DNA from: Gemmatimonadales bacterium
GTDB lineage: Bacteria > Gemmatimonadota > Gemmatimonadetes > Gemmatimonadales > GWC2-71-9
Direction of reading: 5' to 3'
Assembly: GCA_036270315.1 (NCBI GenBank)
Contig: DATBCS010000035.1
Coordinates: forward strand, 1-47,020
Length of the DNA: 47,020 nt
Below, in pieces: positions 44,918 to 47,020 of the stretch (its first letter is position 1; every line of letters begins with the position of its first letter). Both the position numbers and the translations under genes were made by a program. The notes under the pieces were generated by a model. That model worked only from the letters and a program-made list of their open reading frames with translations. It searched no databases and had not been told where the DNA came from.

Positions 44918-45267
44918 TCCCACTGTCGACAACGCGCGGCCGCTCGACCGCGCCCCTGGCCCTGGCGCTCCTCGTGATCCAAGGACTCGCGGGAGGCGCC
45001 GTGCCGTTGGCGCACGCCTCGGAGCACTTCAGCGCCCCTGCCCACGTCGAGGCCCACCACGACGCCGGGTGTCTCGCGCTCCATGATGAATTGCGCTGCG
45101 CGTTGTGTCAGTTCGCGGGCTCCCAGGTCGCGCCCGAGCTGGTCCGTTCCATCGCCGTCACCGCGCCGCGCGCTGCACGCCGGCCTCCGCGGCCCCGCGT
45201 CGCGCCAGCCGCCGGCTCGCAGCACCGCACCGCCCCGCCCCGGGCCCCTCCCACCTCCCGGTCCTGA
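44914..45267 (+). CDS. small secreted His/Cys-rich protein (DUF2946-like?)
   Basis: GTGA overlap with nfo. Signal-like APLALALLVIQGLAGGAVPLAHA, then SEHFSAPAHVEAHHDAGCLALHDELRCALCQF. High third-position GC. Confidence 0.5.
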   Translation: MIPLSTTRGRSTAPLALALLVIQGLAGGAVPLAHASEHFSAPAHVEAHHDAGCLALHDELRCALCQFAGSQVAPELVRSIAVTAPRAARRPPRPRVAPAAGSQHRTAPPRAPPTSRS

Positions 45268-45359
45268 GCAGGCCGGCGGCCCCGCACCGTGCGGCGGCCC
45301 ATCGGGAGCGCTCGCGCCTCATGGCACAGCGCACGCAGGGACAAGGGAATGGGAGACCC

Positions 45360-46616
45360 ATGACTCGACATCGCCATGCTGTCGTCGCCGCGCTCGCGGC
45401 GCTGGTCGCCCTTCCTGCGGCCGGGAGGGCGCAGCAGCCGACCCAACGGCAACTCGATTCGCTCGCGGTTCAGGTCCGCGCGCTGAAAGCGGAGCTCGAG
45501 AGCCTACGCGCCGCGGTGGCGCACGCCGCGACTGGGGCACCCGCTGCGCGGGCGGACACGTCGCTCGCCGCGTTACGCGCCGCCGCCGCCGCCGCCGCGG
45601 GGACAGACACCGCCCGACTCAAGGCGGACACGCTGCAGCCGACCCGCTTCATTGGGCGGGAGCGTAACCAGGCGCAGCTCAATCCGGAAATAAGCGCGAC
45701 CGGCGACGTCCGCGCCTACGGCCAGACGCCCGGAGTACAGCGCAACAACTTCGACGCCCGGGAGTTTGAGCTCGGATTTCAGTCGGCACTCGATCCCTAC
45801 TCCAATACCAAAATCTTCATTAGCCTCGAAAACGGTGCGGTGAGCGTCGAGGAAGGGTACGCCTACTGGACTGGGCTGCCGGGGCACCTGCGCTTCGACA
45901 TCGGCAAGTTCCGCCAACAATTCGGGGAGCTGAACCGGTGGCATTTGCACGCCCTGCCCGAGACCGAGTATCCCCTCGCCCTGCGGACCTATCTCGGAGA
46001 CGATGGGCTCGCCGGCACCGGCATCTCGCTGTACCGAGCGTTCGGCGGGCTGGGCACGCACGAGCTGACGGCGCAAGTCACGCGGAGCGCGAGCGACGTC
46101 GAGCTATTCGGCGGCAGTGCTCGGCCGACCTACCTGGTGCGCCTGCTGAACTTTTGGCAACTCACGTCGTCGACTTACCTCCAGATCGGGGGCACCGGCC
46201 TGTATGGCACCAACCCTGACTCCGCCCTGCGTACGAAGGTTGGCGGGCTCGACTTCCGGCTGACCTGGCGCCCTCCGGCGCAAGCGCTCTACCGCAACTG
46301 GACGCTCCGGGGCGAGGTGTACGGGTTGCGCAAAGAGGTTTCTGCCGCGGGCCAGACGCACCTCGGGTGGTATGTGGGGACGACCTACAAGCTCGATCAG
46401 CGGTGGATCCTCGGGGCCCGCTACGACTACGTGGAACAACCCGTGGGCGGCCGCATCGCGCGCCAGGTGATCCCGTCGCTCACGTGGTGGGAAAGCGAGT
46501 GGGTCGAGCTGCGGGCCCAATACACCTGGGCGAAGCTCACGGGCCTGAGCGCGGCTGGTCAGCTCGCGATCCAAGCCGTCTGGGCAATCGGACCACACAA
46601 ACACGAGACATACTGA
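45360..46616 (+). CDS. putative outer-membrane beta-barrel (porin-like) protein with an N-terminal coiled segment
   Basis: Track ORF trimmed to ATG 45360 (MTRHRHAVVAALAALVALPAAGRAQQ, a signal). Alternating-hydrophobic strands with frequent Y/W/G, and a C-terminal aromatic residue (..HKHETY). Confidence 0.6.
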   Translation: MTRHRHAVVAALAALVALPAAGRAQQPTQRQLDSLAVQVRALKAELESLRAAVAHAATGAPAARADTSLAALRAAAAAAAGTDTARLKADTLQPTRFIGRERNQAQLNPEISATGDVRAYGQTPGVQRNNFDAREFELGFQSALDPYSNTKIFISLENGAVSVEEGYAYWTGLPGHLRFDIGKFRQQFGELNRWHLHALPETEYPLALRTYLGDDGLAGTGISLYRAFGGLGTHELTAQVTRSASDVELFGGSARPTYLVRLLNFWQLTSSTYLQIGGTGLYGTNPDSALRTKVGGLDFRLTWRPPAQALYRNWTLRGEVYGLRKEVSAAGQTHLGWYVGTTYKLDQRWILGARYDYVEQPVGGRIARQVIPSLTWWESEWVELRAQYTWAKLTGLSAAGQLAIQAVWAIGPHKHETY

Positions 46617-46617
46617 C

Positions 46618-47020
46618 ATGCTCCCACTCCTCGCCTGGGTCGTCGCGCTCCACGGCGTTGCGGCGCCGGCACCACCGCGACCGGCGGACAAGGTCAAGGT
46701 CGTGACGTCGCTCACCACGTACGCCGCGATCGCCCGCGAAGTTGTCGGTGATCGGGGGGTCGTGACCTCCATCGGCACCGGCTATGAGAATCCGCACTAC
46801 GTGGAGCCGAAGCCGAGCTTTGTGCCGGCGCTGGCCGCCGCCGACCTGTTCGTCACGACGGGGCTCGATCTCGAGCTGTGGGTGCCTGCGCTGCTCGACA
46901 AGGCGAGCAACCCCAAGGTCACGGAAGGGGGACCGGGCTACGTCGCCGCGTCCGCGGGGGTGCGCTTGCTGGACGTGCCCACGAGCTTTTCGCGGGGCCA
47001 GGGCGACATCCACGTTTTCG
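46618..47020 (+). CDS. ZnuA/TroA-family metal ABC substrate-binding protein, N-terminal part; partial, runs off the right edge
   Basis: Absent from the ORF track (no stop in the window). ATG 46618 gives MLPLLAWVVALHGVAAPAPP..KVKVVTSLTTYAAIAREVVGDRGVVTSIGTGYENPHYVEPKPSFVPALAAADLFVTTGLDLELW, a typical cluster-9 SBP N-terminal lobe. Confidence 0.75.
   Translation, partial: MLPLLAWVVALHGVAAPAPPRPADKVKVVTSLTTYAAIAREVVGDRGVVTSIGTGYENPHYVEPKPSFVPALAAADLFVTTGLDLELWVPALLDKASNPKVTEGGPGYVAASAGVRLLDVPTSFSRGQGDIHVF

Overview
GC-rich bacterial chromosomal window. Hand counts of single 60-nt lines give roughly 65-85 percent GC in the right two thirds and roughly 50-63 percent between about 1.2 and 11.5 kb. 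The gene content suggests a diderm, possibly Gemmatimonadota-like genome; that is inference only.

Layout:
(1) 1-493: 5-prime end of an ABC exporter gene running off the left edge.
(2) About 1.2-10.4 kb: a lower-GC accessory block. It holds a 4xPAS sigma-54 enhancer-binding protein gene surrounded by hydrolase, aldehyde dehydrogenase, DoxX and STAS genes. I can read five sigma-54 -24/-12 promoters here, each preceded by the same three-hexamer upstream array. This looks like a compact, self-contained sigma-54 regulon of unknown substrate and is my main candidate for an undescribed system. It also contains a decayed copy of the aldehyde dehydrogenase 5-prime end.
(3) 10.4-12.9 kb: tRNA-Ile(GAU), whose 3-prime 43 nt plus 11 flanking nt are repeated perfectly 2.4 kb away. 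The 54-bp direct repeats bracket an integrase-less segment with helically phased decamer repeats and a lipoprotein gene.
(4) 12.9-47 kb: mostly core genes. These are a very acidic small ORF, typA, a CDF transporter, a CorC/HlyC-type gene, a long minus-strand operon (DUF58, BatA-like, mfd, two parvulin PPIases, pdxA), a DUF4384 protein with 51-bp tandem repeats, an M28 peptidase, rho, lepA, a GT9 heptosyltransferase, a CBS relic, a four-gene start/stop-overlapping operon (ROK kinase, PfkB kinase, GHKL ATPase, STAS-like protein), a Cys/Met PLP enzyme, ftsE-ftsX-M23, a pseudo-receiver GAF-GGDEF protein, pcm, nfo, and a His/Cys protein, porin-like protein and ZnuA-like cluster running off the right edge.

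No rRNA, CRISPR array, transposase or integrase was recognised. The ORF track renders GTG/TTG starts as M, and several long track ORFs are 5-prime over-extensions or antisense shadows.
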